A stretch of 64,000 nucleotides of DNA from Nitrosopumilus sp. (lineage in GTDB: Archaea > Thermoproteota > Nitrososphaeria > Nitrososphaerales > Nitrosopumilaceae): the NCBI GenBank assembly GCA_965223425.1, contig OZ245003.1:32001-96000 (forward strand), in the 5' to 3' direction. The stretch's first letter is position 1, and each line of letters opens with the position of its first letter. The notes beneath the pieces are model-generated. The model searched no databases and was not told where the DNA came from. It saw only the letters and a program-made list of their open reading frames with translations. Shown here piece after piece: positions 1-9,462 of the stretch. Both the position numbers and the translations under genes were made by a program.

Positions 1-1058
1 ACATTAAATGGTACAGGTGCGTCTACTTCAATTTCATCAATGAATTGAGTGTTTGATTTTATATTGGAGTTTCCACGAGGCTCAACAGATACAAAACCAA
101 ACAGGCCATCTTCATTTCCTTCATTAATTATTTCTCCAATTACCATTTGTGTTCCAGATAATTCAATTACGTTGACATTGAAAATACTAAGATCAATTAA
201 TCCTTTAATGTAAAAGTCTACAATCTTTGAAATCACATGCTGATCGCCGTGTGCATTATAATATGAGATAGACAAGGGAATTCTCAGAGTATCTCCTTTT
301 AGTGATTCAGGGACATATACTGTTGCAGTAAGTTGTCTTGCAGATTTAGGATCAATATGGCCTATATCCCAGTTTGATTCTAAAATGACAACATTTTCTA
401 CATTTGTAGTTGATGAGGACGTGGATGCAAGTTCAGTTTGGGTGTTAGTGGCAACAATATCTACGCCAGAAATTGGAGCAGTTCCATCATTGGCAATTTC
501 AATTACTACATTATTGGATTTCAAAGACGTAAGAAATGGTTCTAGTGCCCTTACATTGATAACACTATCACCTGTTACTTTGAAATCAAAGTCGGCAAAG
601 ATCGTTCTAACTCCAGATTCTCTCAATCTAGAATAGTCAACTTTTACAGTTCCCGGATATTGCTGAATTTGTATATTTTTATCCAGATTTACAAAAAATG
701 TCAAATGAAAATAGTCTCCAGCTATAGAATTAGCGTCACTATCAGCATGAATGGTGGAGCCTGGACCATCAGATGCGGAAAAACCAAATGGCAGTGACAG
801 TTGACCCCTGATTCCGGTAATGTCTTGTGTTCCGACATTTGCTAGTACAACAGTAAATGGAACATTGTTATCTCCTGCCTCAACTTCGATTTTTTGATCT
901 ATTGTACCAAAGTATGCGTCTAGGAATTTAACGTCTCCAAAGTCTCGTTCAAAGGGAGAATTGCCAAAGCCTCCGGAGATAATTTGTCCAAAGGAATTAT
1001 CAAAAAGAAAAGGAACAAGTGCAATAACAAACAATGGCAACAAAAATTTGAGATTCAT
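1..1058 (-). CDS. COG1361-like S-layer/Ig-fold secreted protein (runs off window start)
   Basis: Manual translation from ATG at 1058 gives MNLKFLLPLFVIALVPFLFDNSFG (signal-peptide-like) then VEAGDNNVPFTVVLANVGTQDITGI; start overlaps the ABC ATPase stop. Confidence 0.75.
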   Translation of the reverse strand, partial: MNLKFLLPLFVIALVPFLFDNSFGQIISGGFGNSPFERDFGDVKFLDAYFGTIDQKIEVEAGDNNVPFTVVLANVGTQDITGIRGQLSLPFGFSASDGPGSTIHADSDANSIAGDYFHLTFFVNLDKNIQIQQYPGTVKVDYSRLRESGVRTIFADFDFKVTGDSVINVRALEPFLTSLKSNNVVIEIANDGTAPISGVDIVATNTQTELASTSSSTTNVENVVILESNWDIGHIDPKSARQLTATVYVPESLKGDTLRIPLSISYYNAHGDQHVISKIVDFYIKGLIDLSIFNVNVIELSGTQMVIGEIINEGNEDGLFGFVSVEPRGNSNIKSNTQFIDEIEVDAPVPFN

Positions 1059-1762
1059 TATGCCAAAACCTCCACTTCTGATGGTTGATCGCCTTCAAAT
1101 GCTCTACCATCTTTTATTGTGATTACCCTATCTACATCACCAAAACTCTCTCTTTCGTGTGTAACTATAATGAATGTCTGATTCAGTTTTTTTGCCATGG
1201 ATTTCATCAATCGTACTATTGTTTCTGAAGTTATTGAATCAAGATTGCCGGTTGGTTCATCAGCTAAAACAATTGAAGGTTTGTTGATTAACCCTCTTGC
1301 AATTGCTACTCTTTGAGCTTGACCACCAGAAATCTTGTTTGCCCGTTTATACATCTGATCTTCTAACCCAACTGCTTTTAGCAGATCTCTGGCATCTTTT
1401 TCAGCAGCATTATCAGTTCCTTCAATTTGTCTGGGCAGCAAAACATTTTCTAAAACTGTGAGATCACTAAGTAAATTAGAAAATTGGAAGATGAATCCAA
1501 GTTTTTTATTTCTAAATGAAGAAATTTTATTGTCATCAAGTGTTGTAGTATCTATTCCATCAATGGAAATCTTTCCATTTGTTGGACGATCCAATAATCC
1601 AATCATGTTAAGTAGCGTAGATTTTCCAGAACCGGAACTTCCAACAATCAGAACAACTTCTCCTTGGTCAATTGAAAATGTAGCACTGTCAAGGGCCTTG
1701 ACTTTGTTTTCTCCTTCACCATAAATCTTAGTTAGATTATTGATTTCAAGTACCCTAGACAG
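1058..1762 (-). CDS. ABC transporter ATP-binding protein (LolD/MacB-like)
   Basis: Walker A GSSGSGKS, ISGGQAQRVAIAR, LADEPTGNLD; start adjusted to ~1762 because the ORF track extends into the permease. Confidence 0.93.
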   Translation of the reverse strand: MSRVLEINNLTKIYGEGENKVKALDSATFSIDQGEVVLIVGSSGSGKSTLLNMIGLLDRPTNGKISIDGIDTTTLDDNKISSFRNKKLGFIFQFSNLLSDLTVLENVLLPRQIEGTDNAAEKDARDLLKAVGLEDQMYKRANKISGGQAQRVAIARGLINKPSIVLADEPTGNLDSITSETIVRLMKSMAKKLNQTFIIVTHERESFGDVDRVITIKDGRAFEGDQPSEVEVLA

Positions 1763-2942
1763 TTCGCATGGCCTCCACAGGCAGTAGCTTTGTTGCCCTA
1801 TACGACGGATATAGAGAAGCAATAATTGCCAACACAAACGAAGTCAGAGCGGTTTGGGTAATTTTTTCCCAATTGTAGCTAACTTCAAGGGGGAGACTAT
1901 TATTGAATGACATTTTTGTTTCCTTTGCATAAAATGTATAGCCTAACCCTGCTGCAGTCCCCACTCCGGCCCCAATTGCACCAATAATCATCCCTTGGAA
2001 GATAAAAATTATTAGAATATCTTTTCTTTTAGCTCCTATTGCTCTCATAACACCGATTTCTCTAGTTTTTCCATTAACTAACATCATCTGAATTGTAACA
2101 ATAGCAAAAGCTGAAGACATCATTCCAAAGTAGCCAATCATATTGATCATCGCAATACCAGATCTAAAACCAGCAAGTTGTTCTTCTGCTGATTCTTCTA
2201 TAGTTTCTGCAAGAAAATCATCATTGGGAAACGATTGTAAGAAAAATTCTTTTACCTCAGATGCTTTTGAAGGATCATTTAATTTTACCATAAAGGATCC
2301 TGTATCGCCTGGTCTATTCATCATGTCACGTAAAGTATCAATGTGTATAACAGCGGTATAGTCAAATCCTTGACCACCTGGAGATTTTGCAATTCCAGAA
2401 ACAGTAAATCTTCTTATTTCATCTTGACCGTATCTATCAACGATAAGAACCTTAACACTATCACCTACTTCCGCTCCTCCAAGATCTCTTGCTACATTAG
2501 ATCCCAAGACAATAGAATTTCTTGAGAAAACATAGCTTCCTTCTGAAATGGTTTCATGAATAGTAGAGGCTTTAATGTCACGAAATGGATCAACTCCAAC
2601 TACTGGAACTCGAGTTTCTTCAATTAGCTTCCCATTTTTTGTCATATTCACTTCGGCAGTTGACGAAAGCCGCGGTGTCACAGCTTCAACAAATGGAATT
2701 CGCTCAAACCAGTTTACTAATGCCAAATCTGATTTGTCGATGTAATCTGCATCATCAGTTACAAGAAGGTCACCATTTCTATAATCACTGATGTCTCGAA
2801 CTATGGCATCAAAAAGTCCTTGAAATATTACGAAATTTACGTGAATAACTAAAATTCCAATTGTTACAGCTAAAACTGCCCCAATCAAACTACCTTTTTT
2901 GTTGAATAGCATTCTTTTTGCTAATCTTAATCTGTATTCCAC
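1755..2942 (-). CDS. ABC transporter permease (FtsX/MacB/LolE family)
   Basis: N-terminal TM segment, large extracytoplasmic loop, KTREIGVMRAIGAKRKDI motif, C-terminal YPSYRATKLLPVEAMR. Confidence 0.92.
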   Translation of the reverse strand: MEYRLRLAKRMLFNKKGSLIGAVLAVTIGILVIHVNFVIFQGLFDAIVRDISDYRNGDLLVTDDADYIDKSDLALVNWFERIPFVEAVTPRLSSTAEVNMTKNGKLIEETRVPVVGVDPFRDIKASTIHETISEGSYVFSRNSIVLGSNVARDLGGAEVGDSVKVLIVDRYGQDEIRRFTVSGIAKSPGGQGFDYTAVIHIDTLRDMMNRPGDTGSFMVKLNDPSKASEVKEFFLQSFPNDDFLAETIEESAEEQLAGFRSGIAMINMIGYFGMMSSAFAIVTIQMMLVNGKTREIGVMRAIGAKRKDILIIFIFQGMIIGAIGAGVGTAAGLGYTFYAKETKMSFNNSLPLEVSYNWEKITQTALTSFVLAIIASLYPSYRATKLLPVEAMRTV

Positions 2943-2997
2943 GAAATCGATTAAATAGTCTAATATTTAATGTATATGATATATAGTGCTAATATTC

Positions 2998-3081
2998 TAG
3001 ACAATTTTATATGATATTAGTTGTTTATTTGTTCTAAAAATAACTAATAGATGAGAAAATAGACAATTTTATATGATATTA
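2998..3081. promoter_or_regulatory. Perfect 22-bp direct repeat in a divergent promoter (putative Lrp-family operator)
   Basis: tagacaattttatatgatatta at 2998-3019 and 3060-3081, between the ABC operon and the Lrp gene. Confidence 0.55.
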
Positions 3082-3120
3082 ATAACATGTACATTCTAAG
3101 GAGAATCATCAGATCATAAA

Positions 3121-4023
3121 ATGGACAATTTAGATATGAAGATTTTAAGCAGGTTGCTGAACAACTGCAGAGAATCAGATCGACAAATAGGCATAGAATT
3201 AGGAATTTCTGGCGGAGCAGTACGAGCACGAATTCGAAAAATGGAAGAACGAGGGATAATTGAAGAGTTTTTTGTTAAAGTTGAACCACATGTGTTGGGT
3301 TACGGTATTTTGTACATTGTTGTATCAGGCCAAAACATAAACGAAATATTAGAACAGGTCAGTCTTGTAGGTGAACCATATTTTGTAGTTCCGTGTATAG
3401 GTGGAATTACAGTTTGTAGTATTGTTGTAAAAGAGAATCTAGAACAAAAGATCGAACTTGCAAGTAAATTGATGAGAGATGTTAGAGTTTTGTCCATTTT
3501 TGAAGCAAAAAATACGGGATTTAGTTCCAATCTTACAAAAACCGATTTAGAAATTCTAGGAGAATTGATTAGGGAGCCCAGACAGAAAATTGAGAAACTT
3601 GCAAGGAATACTAGCATGTCAACAAAAACAATAACAAGATGTATTGAAAAATTCCATGAAAATGATGGAATTCAATTTACGTTAATTTATAATCCTAAAA
3701 AAATTGAGGATTTTATTCCTCATGTAATACTTACTTTGATAAAAGGAGATCTAAAAAAAACATTAGAAAATCTAAACAATATATTTTCTGAATCATATCT
3801 ACAAATTCCTTTTACTGCAGAAAATCAAATTGTTTTGTTTATGTATAGTGATAGTATTTTTAAAATGGATGAGCTAACACAAAAAGTTAGAACTGTTAAA
3901 AATATAAAATCAGCTGACTTGTTTATTCCAAAAAAACTTTTATTTTATGTCAAATGGATAAAAAAAGCTATTAGCGATTCTAAAAAATCACCAAAACTAC
4001 ATCTGACATATCAAACCAATTAA
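3121..4023 (+). CDS. Lrp/AsnC family transcriptional regulator (tandem HTH domains)
   Basis: MDNLDMKILSRLLNNCRESDRQIGIELGISGGAVRARIRKM plus a second HTH LTKTDLEILGELIREPR. Confidence 0.9.
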   Translation: MDNLDMKILSRLLNNCRESDRQIGIELGISGGAVRARIRKMEERGIIEEFFVKVEPHVLGYGILYIVVSGQNINEILEQVSLVGEPYFVVPCIGGITVCSIVVKENLEQKIELASKLMRDVRVLSIFEAKNTGFSSNLTKTDLEILGELIREPRQKIEKLARNTSMSTKTITRCIEKFHENDGIQFTLIYNPKKIEDFIPHVILTLIKGDLKKTLENLNNIFSESYLQIPFTAENQIVLFMYSDSIFKMDELTQKVRTVKNIKSADLFIPKKLLFYVKWIKKAISDSKKSPKLHLTYQTN

Positions 4024-4047
4024 ATAATAATAATTTCCAGGGTTTCT

Positions 4048-4563
4048 GTGAACAAAGAGAAGATCTATGAAGGAAAAATTTTAGGTCTTAGTGTTTATGA
4101 TGGAAAAATAGAAGGAAGAAAAGTAAAGCGTGAAATAATAGAACACAGGGGTGCAGCAGCGATGCTTGCTTTTGATGAAGAAAACAAAGTGATTCTTGTT
4201 AAACAGCATAGATTTCCTCACGGATATGTATTAGAGGTTCCTGCTGGAACACTAGAGAAAAGAGAAAAACCGGTAAAATGTGCATTTAGAGAATTAGAAG
4301 AGGAGACAGGATACCGAGCAAAAAAAATGACTCCTCTGGTTACCTATTATCCATCAATTGGGTACAATACAGAAGTGATTCATTGCTTTGTGGCCTCAGG
4401 ATTAAAGAAAATTGCCGATTTAAAACTAGATGAGGACGAGATATTATCAGTAGTAAAAATGGATATCAAAAAGCTACTACAAATGATCAGATCAGGGAAG
4501 ATTCTAGATTCAAAAACAATTTGTGCAGTTTTAACATACGCCAGTAAAAAGAAATTATACTAA
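4048..4563 (+). CDS. NUDIX hydrolase (ADP-ribose pyrophosphatase-like)
   Basis: Nudix box GTLEKREKPVKCAFRELEEETGY. Confidence 0.92.
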   Translation: MNKEKIYEGKILGLSVYDGKIEGRKVKREIIEHRGAAAMLAFDEENKVILVKQHRFPHGYVLEVPAGTLEKREKPVKCAFRELEEETGYRAKKMTPLVTYYPSIGYNTEVIHCFVASGLKKIADLKLDEDEILSVVKMDIKKLLQMIRSGKILDSKTICAVLTYASKKKLY

Positions 4564-5544
4564 TTATTTGTTATAAATAGGCTTTACAAGATCTGCAACA
4601 TCAGCCCAAGATTGAGCTATTCTTTCAAACATATACACCAAATCAAGAAAGTCAATTGGAATTTGTTTTTTATTGCCTAGGGCTACTCTTAGTTTACTTA
4701 GTTTTTCTGCAAATTTTTTGTGTAGTGATATCGCTTCAATTGCTAAAAGCCTATCAGGTTTTGTAAATGCATCGATGGATTTTTCTGCAAGTTTACTAAA
4801 GTCTTTAACTACATCAAAGATTTTTTTAGAATGGTCTTTTGATAAAGATGAGTTAAATATGAAATTTGAAAGTTCTACAATAGAGTCACCTGCATTTTCA
4901 AGTATATTTGCGGCCACCCTATAATCAAGTACATCAATATTTTCTAAATTAAATACATTAGCTAGCCTTCTATCAACAAGTGTACTGCGAATTAGACGCA
5001 CAAGTAAAAAGTATTGCCTGTTTACTTCTACATCGCGATTTGATATTGTTTGCAGGTTTGATTTATCATCTAAAATTAACCCGTTGGATACATCGTCATA
5101 CATGCCAATTGCAAGTGAGCTCATTCGTTTGAGAATTTTTTCTGGATTTAATGTTGTTGCATCTAAAAGAAATTGCATGTTAATATGAGATGCATCTTCT
5201 TCAATGATTTCCATTCCAACAAGCCTTCTCATGGAATTACGAATTTTTTCTCTATCTTCTCCCGGAATAGTTGATTTAGAGTTGATTTCAATTACGTCAT
5301 ATCCTAAGAGATAAGCCCCTGTAATGTCAGCTACGATGTTTTCTTCCTTTGGTAAGGGATAAGAAATTACAAGCTCTTTTGTTGGACGTGTCTCTTTATT
5401 TGCAGATATTGAGATGCTATCATGTCCAGTTTCAAGTTCTACCTGACTACTTTTGTCCAAATTATTTGCATCCACCCACTCTTTTGGCAGAGACACTAGT
5501 ATGCTACTTCCAATTCTTTGTAGGCGTCGAATAAATTTAGTCAA
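4564..5544 (-). CDS. phoU: Phosphate uptake regulator, AbrB-PhoU fusion
   Basis: N-terminal RRLQRIGSSILVSLPKEW (AbrB) and PhoU repeats ending FERIAQSWADVAD. Confidence 0.88.
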   Translation of the reverse strand: MTKFIRRLQRIGSSILVSLPKEWVDANNLDKSSQVELETGHDSISISANKETRPTKELVISYPLPKEENIVADITGAYLLGYDVIEINSKSTIPGEDREKIRNSMRRLVGMEIIEEDASHINMQFLLDATTLNPEKILKRMSSLAIGMYDDVSNGLILDDKSNLQTISNRDVEVNRQYFLLVRLIRSTLVDRRLANVFNLENIDVLDYRVAANILENAGDSIVELSNFIFNSSLSKDHSKKIFDVVKDFSKLAEKSIDAFTKPDRLLAIEAISLHKKFAEKLSKLRVALGNKKQIPIDFLDLVYMFERIAQSWADVADLVKPIYNK

Positions 5545-5609
5545 TTTATACTAATATAATTAATTTAAGCCATATTCTTATATTTTATGTAAAATTTAAA
5601 CTCAGATCA

Positions 5610-6521
5610 ATGGAGGCAGTAGCATTTTGTCCGGCTCACATTACAGGTTTTTTCAAAGCCCATTTGGATGACAATCAAAATGCATTAGAAGATTTAGGAT
5701 CAATGGGTGCAGGATTCTCAATTAAACAAGGGGTTACAACCAGAGTAAGAGTCAGCGCAAGAGACAATCAAGAATCAAACTTTAGGATTATTACAAGGGG
5801 ATATCAATCAGATAAAACAGATGTTTCAGAATTTGTTTTAAATGAATTTTTGAAACTTGGGGAATTCTCAACAAGGTTTTTTGATATCGAACATGACATA
5901 TCAATTCCGGTTGGATACGGTTTAGGTTCTAGTGGTGCAGCTGCTTTATCATTATCATTTGCATTAGATCAAGCTCTTCAGACAAAATTAGACAAGACAA
6001 GAGTCGGACAAATAGCACATAATGCAGAAGTAAGTTGTAAAACTGGATTGGGTGATATTTTAGCATCATTTTATGGGGGTTTTGAGATTCGTGTAAAACC
6101 TGGCGCTCCAGGAATTGGCAATGTCGAAAAAATTACTACAAACAAAATCTCCATAATTATGATATGTTTTTCTCCAGTTTCTACAAATAAATTCATCAAG
6201 GAACATCTCTCAAAAATTAATGGCCTTGGTGGAAAAATGGTAAATGAGTTATTAGAATCAAAAAGTTACAGACATTTCCAAGACATGTCATTAGAATTTG
6301 CAAAATATGTTGATGTTATGACTCCAAAAATGCAAAAATTGGTAAATGAACTCTCTGAAAATAATATTAAATGTGGAATAGCACTTTTTGGTGAGACAGT
6401 TTTTTCAATGGTTCCAAAAAATGATGAAGAAAAAGTTTTAGAAATTTTAGAAAAATATCCTGGTGGAATAGTAATAAAGTCAGAATTAGACGATGTGGGT
6501 GCAAGAGTCCTTAATAATTAA
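5610..6521 (+). CDS. Pantoate kinase (GHMP kinase family)
   Basis: FCPAHITGFF, GSMGAGFS, PVGYGLGSSGAA, TGLGD; first gene of the CoA operon. Confidence 0.92.
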   Translation: MEAVAFCPAHITGFFKAHLDDNQNALEDLGSMGAGFSIKQGVTTRVRVSARDNQESNFRIITRGYQSDKTDVSEFVLNEFLKLGEFSTRFFDIEHDISIPVGYGLGSSGAAALSLSFALDQALQTKLDKTRVGQIAHNAEVSCKTGLGDILASFYGGFEIRVKPGAPGIGNVEKITTNKISIIMICFSPVSTNKFIKEHLSKINGLGGKMVNELLESKSYRHFQDMSLEFAKYVDVMTPKMQKLVNELSENNIKCGIALFGETVFSMVPKNDEEKVLEILEKYPGGIVIKSELDDVGARVLNN

Positions 6522-6531
6522 TTGAAATCAG

Positions 6532-7296
6532 ATGCCTTTAATTCCTAAATCACATCCAAGAGCCAAATCACTTTTGATCCGTGAGAAATTAGTAGAGGGA
6601 TTTGACAAGGGATTGGTTGCAAAAGAAGGACTTTTAGCTCAGGGAAGAGGAGAGGCTTTTGATTATTTACTAGGAGAAAAAACCAGAAAAGCTGCAAAAA
6701 AGGCCATCAGGGCAGCAGCAGCGCAATTACTTTTGGCAGATATGCCTGTAATTTCTGTTAATGGCAATATTGTGGCATTGTGTCCAAGACAAATTGTACG
6801 ATTATCAAAACAGATCAGGGCAAAATTAGAGGTAAACCTGTTTTATGCAGATAAAAAGAGAAAACAGGCAATAATTAAGACGTTAAAAGAGAATGGCGCA
6901 GGGAAAGTTTTAGGTACAAATCTTGCAGCATCCACAAGATTATCTGGAATGGATTCTGCTAGAAGAATCGTGGATAAGAACGGGATTTTTGTATCAGATG
7001 TTGTAGTTGTTCCTTTGGAAGATGGAGATAGAACATTGGCACTTAGAAAAGCAGGTAAGATTGTTATCACATTTGATCTAAATCCCCTTTCTAGAACTTC
7101 ACGAACAGCTAACATTACAATTGTTGATAATGTCACACGAGCAGTTGATTTGTTAACTGATGAATCTAAAAAACTATCTAAAAAGAATGAAAAAAGCCTA
7201 AAGAAGATTGTTTCTGATTTTGATAATAAAAAAAATCTTGCAGAAAATGTAATTCAGATAAAAAATAACCTAACAAGGAGGGCTAGAATTGCATAA
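6532..7296 (+). CDS. Phosphopantothenate synthetase (archaeal PPS)
   Basis: IPKSHPRAKSLLIRE, GRGEAFDYLLGE, PLEDGDRT, DLNPLSRT. Confidence 0.93.
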   Translation: MPLIPKSHPRAKSLLIREKLVEGFDKGLVAKEGLLAQGRGEAFDYLLGEKTRKAAKKAIRAAAAQLLLADMPVISVNGNIVALCPRQIVRLSKQIRAKLEVNLFYADKKRKQAIIKTLKENGAGKVLGTNLAASTRLSGMDSARRIVDKNGIFVSDVVVVPLEDGDRTLALRKAGKIVITFDLNPLSRTSRTANITIVDNVTRAVDLLTDESKKLSKKNEKSLKKIVSDFDNKKNLAENVIQIKNNLTRRARIA

Positions 7297-8131
7297 ATCA
7301 GTCCAAGATATCCTTGATATGAAAAAGGAAGAGAAGAAAATTTCAGTAATTACAAGCTATGATTATACTTTAGCTTCTCTATGTGATAAAGCAGGAATAG
7401 ATGTATTGCTAGTTGGAGACAGTGCAGGAATGGTAATGCTTGGTTATGAAAACACAGTTTCAGTTACAATGGAACAAATGCGTATGTTTACAGAAGCAGT
7501 TAGCAGGGCAAGAAAAAATTCGTTACTAGTATCAGATTTGCCATTTATGTCTTATCAAGCAAGCATTGAGGATGCAATAAGCAATTCTGGCAAACTGATC
7601 AAGGCAGGGGCAGATGCAGTAAAACTTGAAGGAGGTTCAATCATGGCCGAAACAATTGGTGCAATTGTAGATATTGGAATTCCGGTTATGGGACATATTG
7701 GATTTCAACCTCAAACAACAACACTTTCACAAGGATACAAAGTACAAGGAAAAACAAAGGATACTGCAATGAGGTTAATTGAAGATGCAAAAGAGCTTGA
7801 AGAGGCAGGCGTATTTAGCATTGCATTAGAGATGGTCAGTCATGAGGTAGCAGAGATAATCTCCGAAACTGTCAGTGTGCCAACCATTGGAATTGGTTCT
7901 GGAGTAGGCTGTGATGGACAGGTGCTGGTTGTTCATGATTTACTAGGTATGTATGATAAGATAAAGCCAAAGTTTGCAAGGAGATACATGAATTTGTCTG
8001 AAGATATTGTAAAATCCCTTGAAAATTACAAAAACGATGTAGAATCAGGCATGTTTCCAGCAGAAGAAAACTGGTTCTCAATGAATGATGATGATGAACT
8101 AGAGAAGTTACGTGAGCAGATTGGCAGCTAA
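7289..8131 (+). CDS. panB: 3-methyl-2-oxobutanoate hydroxymethyltransferase
   Basis: LVGDSAGMVMLGY, DLPFMSY, AVKLEGG, GHIGFQPQ, CDGQVLVVHDLLG. Confidence 0.97.
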   Translation: MHKSVQDILDMKKEEKKISVITSYDYTLASLCDKAGIDVLLVGDSAGMVMLGYENTVSVTMEQMRMFTEAVSRARKNSLLVSDLPFMSYQASIEDAISNSGKLIKAGADAVKLEGGSIMAETIGAIVDIGIPVMGHIGFQPQTTTLSQGYKVQGKTKDTAMRLIEDAKELEEAGVFSIALEMVSHEVAEIISETVSVPTIGIGSGVGCDGQVLVVHDLLGMYDKIKPKFARRYMNLSEDIVKSLENYKNDVESGMFPAEENWFSMNDDDELEKLREQIGS

Positions 8132-9368
8132 GAAAGTGAAAAAAAAGGATCACCCATCATTAGACATTGTCAATTCGTATGGTACAGAACTATCTGGAAA
8201 GAGAATTGTACTTTGTGTTGCAGGAAGTGTTGCAGCATACAAAGCAATTGAGCTTGCACGGTTACTAATGAGACATGGTGCCGATGTTACATGTGTAGCA
8301 AGTAATGCAGTTACTAAATTAATACAACCAGATTATTTCAAATGGGCTACAGGAAATAAAGTAATTACAAAGCTAACAGGCGAGCTTGAACATATAAGAT
8401 TAACAGATTACAATCAGTCAGATCTAGTAATTGTATATCCAGGCACTGCAAACACATTAGGAAAATTGGCAAATGGTATTGACGATACGCCAATTTCTAC
8501 AGTACTTACCGTGGGATTTGGATCAAAGATTCCAATATTGATGTGTCTTGCAATGCATGAATCAATGTATGATAACTTGGCGGTAAGAAAGAACATGGAA
8601 TTTCTAAAAAACAAAATTGAGTTTCTTTCACCTAAGATGATTGAGGGGAAGGCAAAGGCTCCAGAGCCAGAAGATGTTCTAGACTATACTTTAAGAAGGT
8701 TTGGAGCATCACGAATTTTAAAGAATAAAAAAATCCTAGTGACAGCAGGCCCAACAATAGAATATATCGATCCTGTCAGGGTAATTACAAATCTTAGTTC
8801 AGGTAAGACCGGTGTCCTTTTAGCCTCTGAATTAGTTTCAGCTGGGGCAAAAGTCACTATGGTGTATGGCCCTGCAAGTCAGAATCCACCGCAGGGGGCA
8901 AAAATAATCAATGTAACTACAAACAAAGAGATGTTTGATGCTACAAAAAATGAATTAAGGAAAAAATTTGACGTCATAATCATGGCAGCTGCCGCCTCTG
9001 ACTACACTCCTGAAAATAATGCAAAATCAAAGATCAAGAGTGATAAGAAATCACTAACCATTAGGCTCAAAAAAACGCCAAAGATAATAGATTACGTAAG
9101 AAAGTCCCAAAAAGATGCATTGCTGATTGGGTTTAAGGCAGAAACTAATCTATCAAGGAATTCACTTATCAAATCAGCTCAAAAAAAGATGAAGGAAAGC
9201 AAAGCCGACATGATAATTGCAAATGATGTTGGTACAAAGTATCAAAAAAATCCAAACTATAACGAAGTACTAATAGTAAATTCCATAAAAACAATTTCAT
9301 CAGGACGAAAGAAAAAAGAAGATATTGCAAAATTTATCAAAAAAGAAATTGAAAAGAAGCTAAAATGA
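8112..9368 (+). CDS. coaBC: Bifunctional phosphopantothenoylcysteine decarboxylase/synthetase
   Basis: GSVAAYKA, TANTLGKLANGIDD, TAGPTIEYIDPVRVITNLSSGKTG, GFKAET. Confidence 0.97.
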   Translation: MSRLAAKKVKKKDHPSLDIVNSYGTELSGKRIVLCVAGSVAAYKAIELARLLMRHGADVTCVASNAVTKLIQPDYFKWATGNKVITKLTGELEHIRLTDYNQSDLVIVYPGTANTLGKLANGIDDTPISTVLTVGFGSKIPILMCLAMHESMYDNLAVRKNMEFLKNKIEFLSPKMIEGKAKAPEPEDVLDYTLRRFGASRILKNKKILVTAGPTIEYIDPVRVITNLSSGKTGVLLASELVSAGAKVTMVYGPASQNPPQGAKIINVTTNKEMFDATKNELRKKFDVIIMAAAASDYTPENNAKSKIKSDKKSLTIRLKKTPKIIDYVRKSQKDALLIGFKAETNLSRNSLIKSAQKKMKESKADMIIANDVGTKYQKNPNYNEVLIVNSIKTISSGRKKKEDIAKFIKKEIEKKLK

Positions 9369-9462
9369 AAAATTCTGATCTCAAAAAAACTAATATCACA
9401 ATGCAAAGAAGTCAGAGAAGAGCAAAAAAAGAAACACGCAGGTAACTTTAAGCTATCCAATA

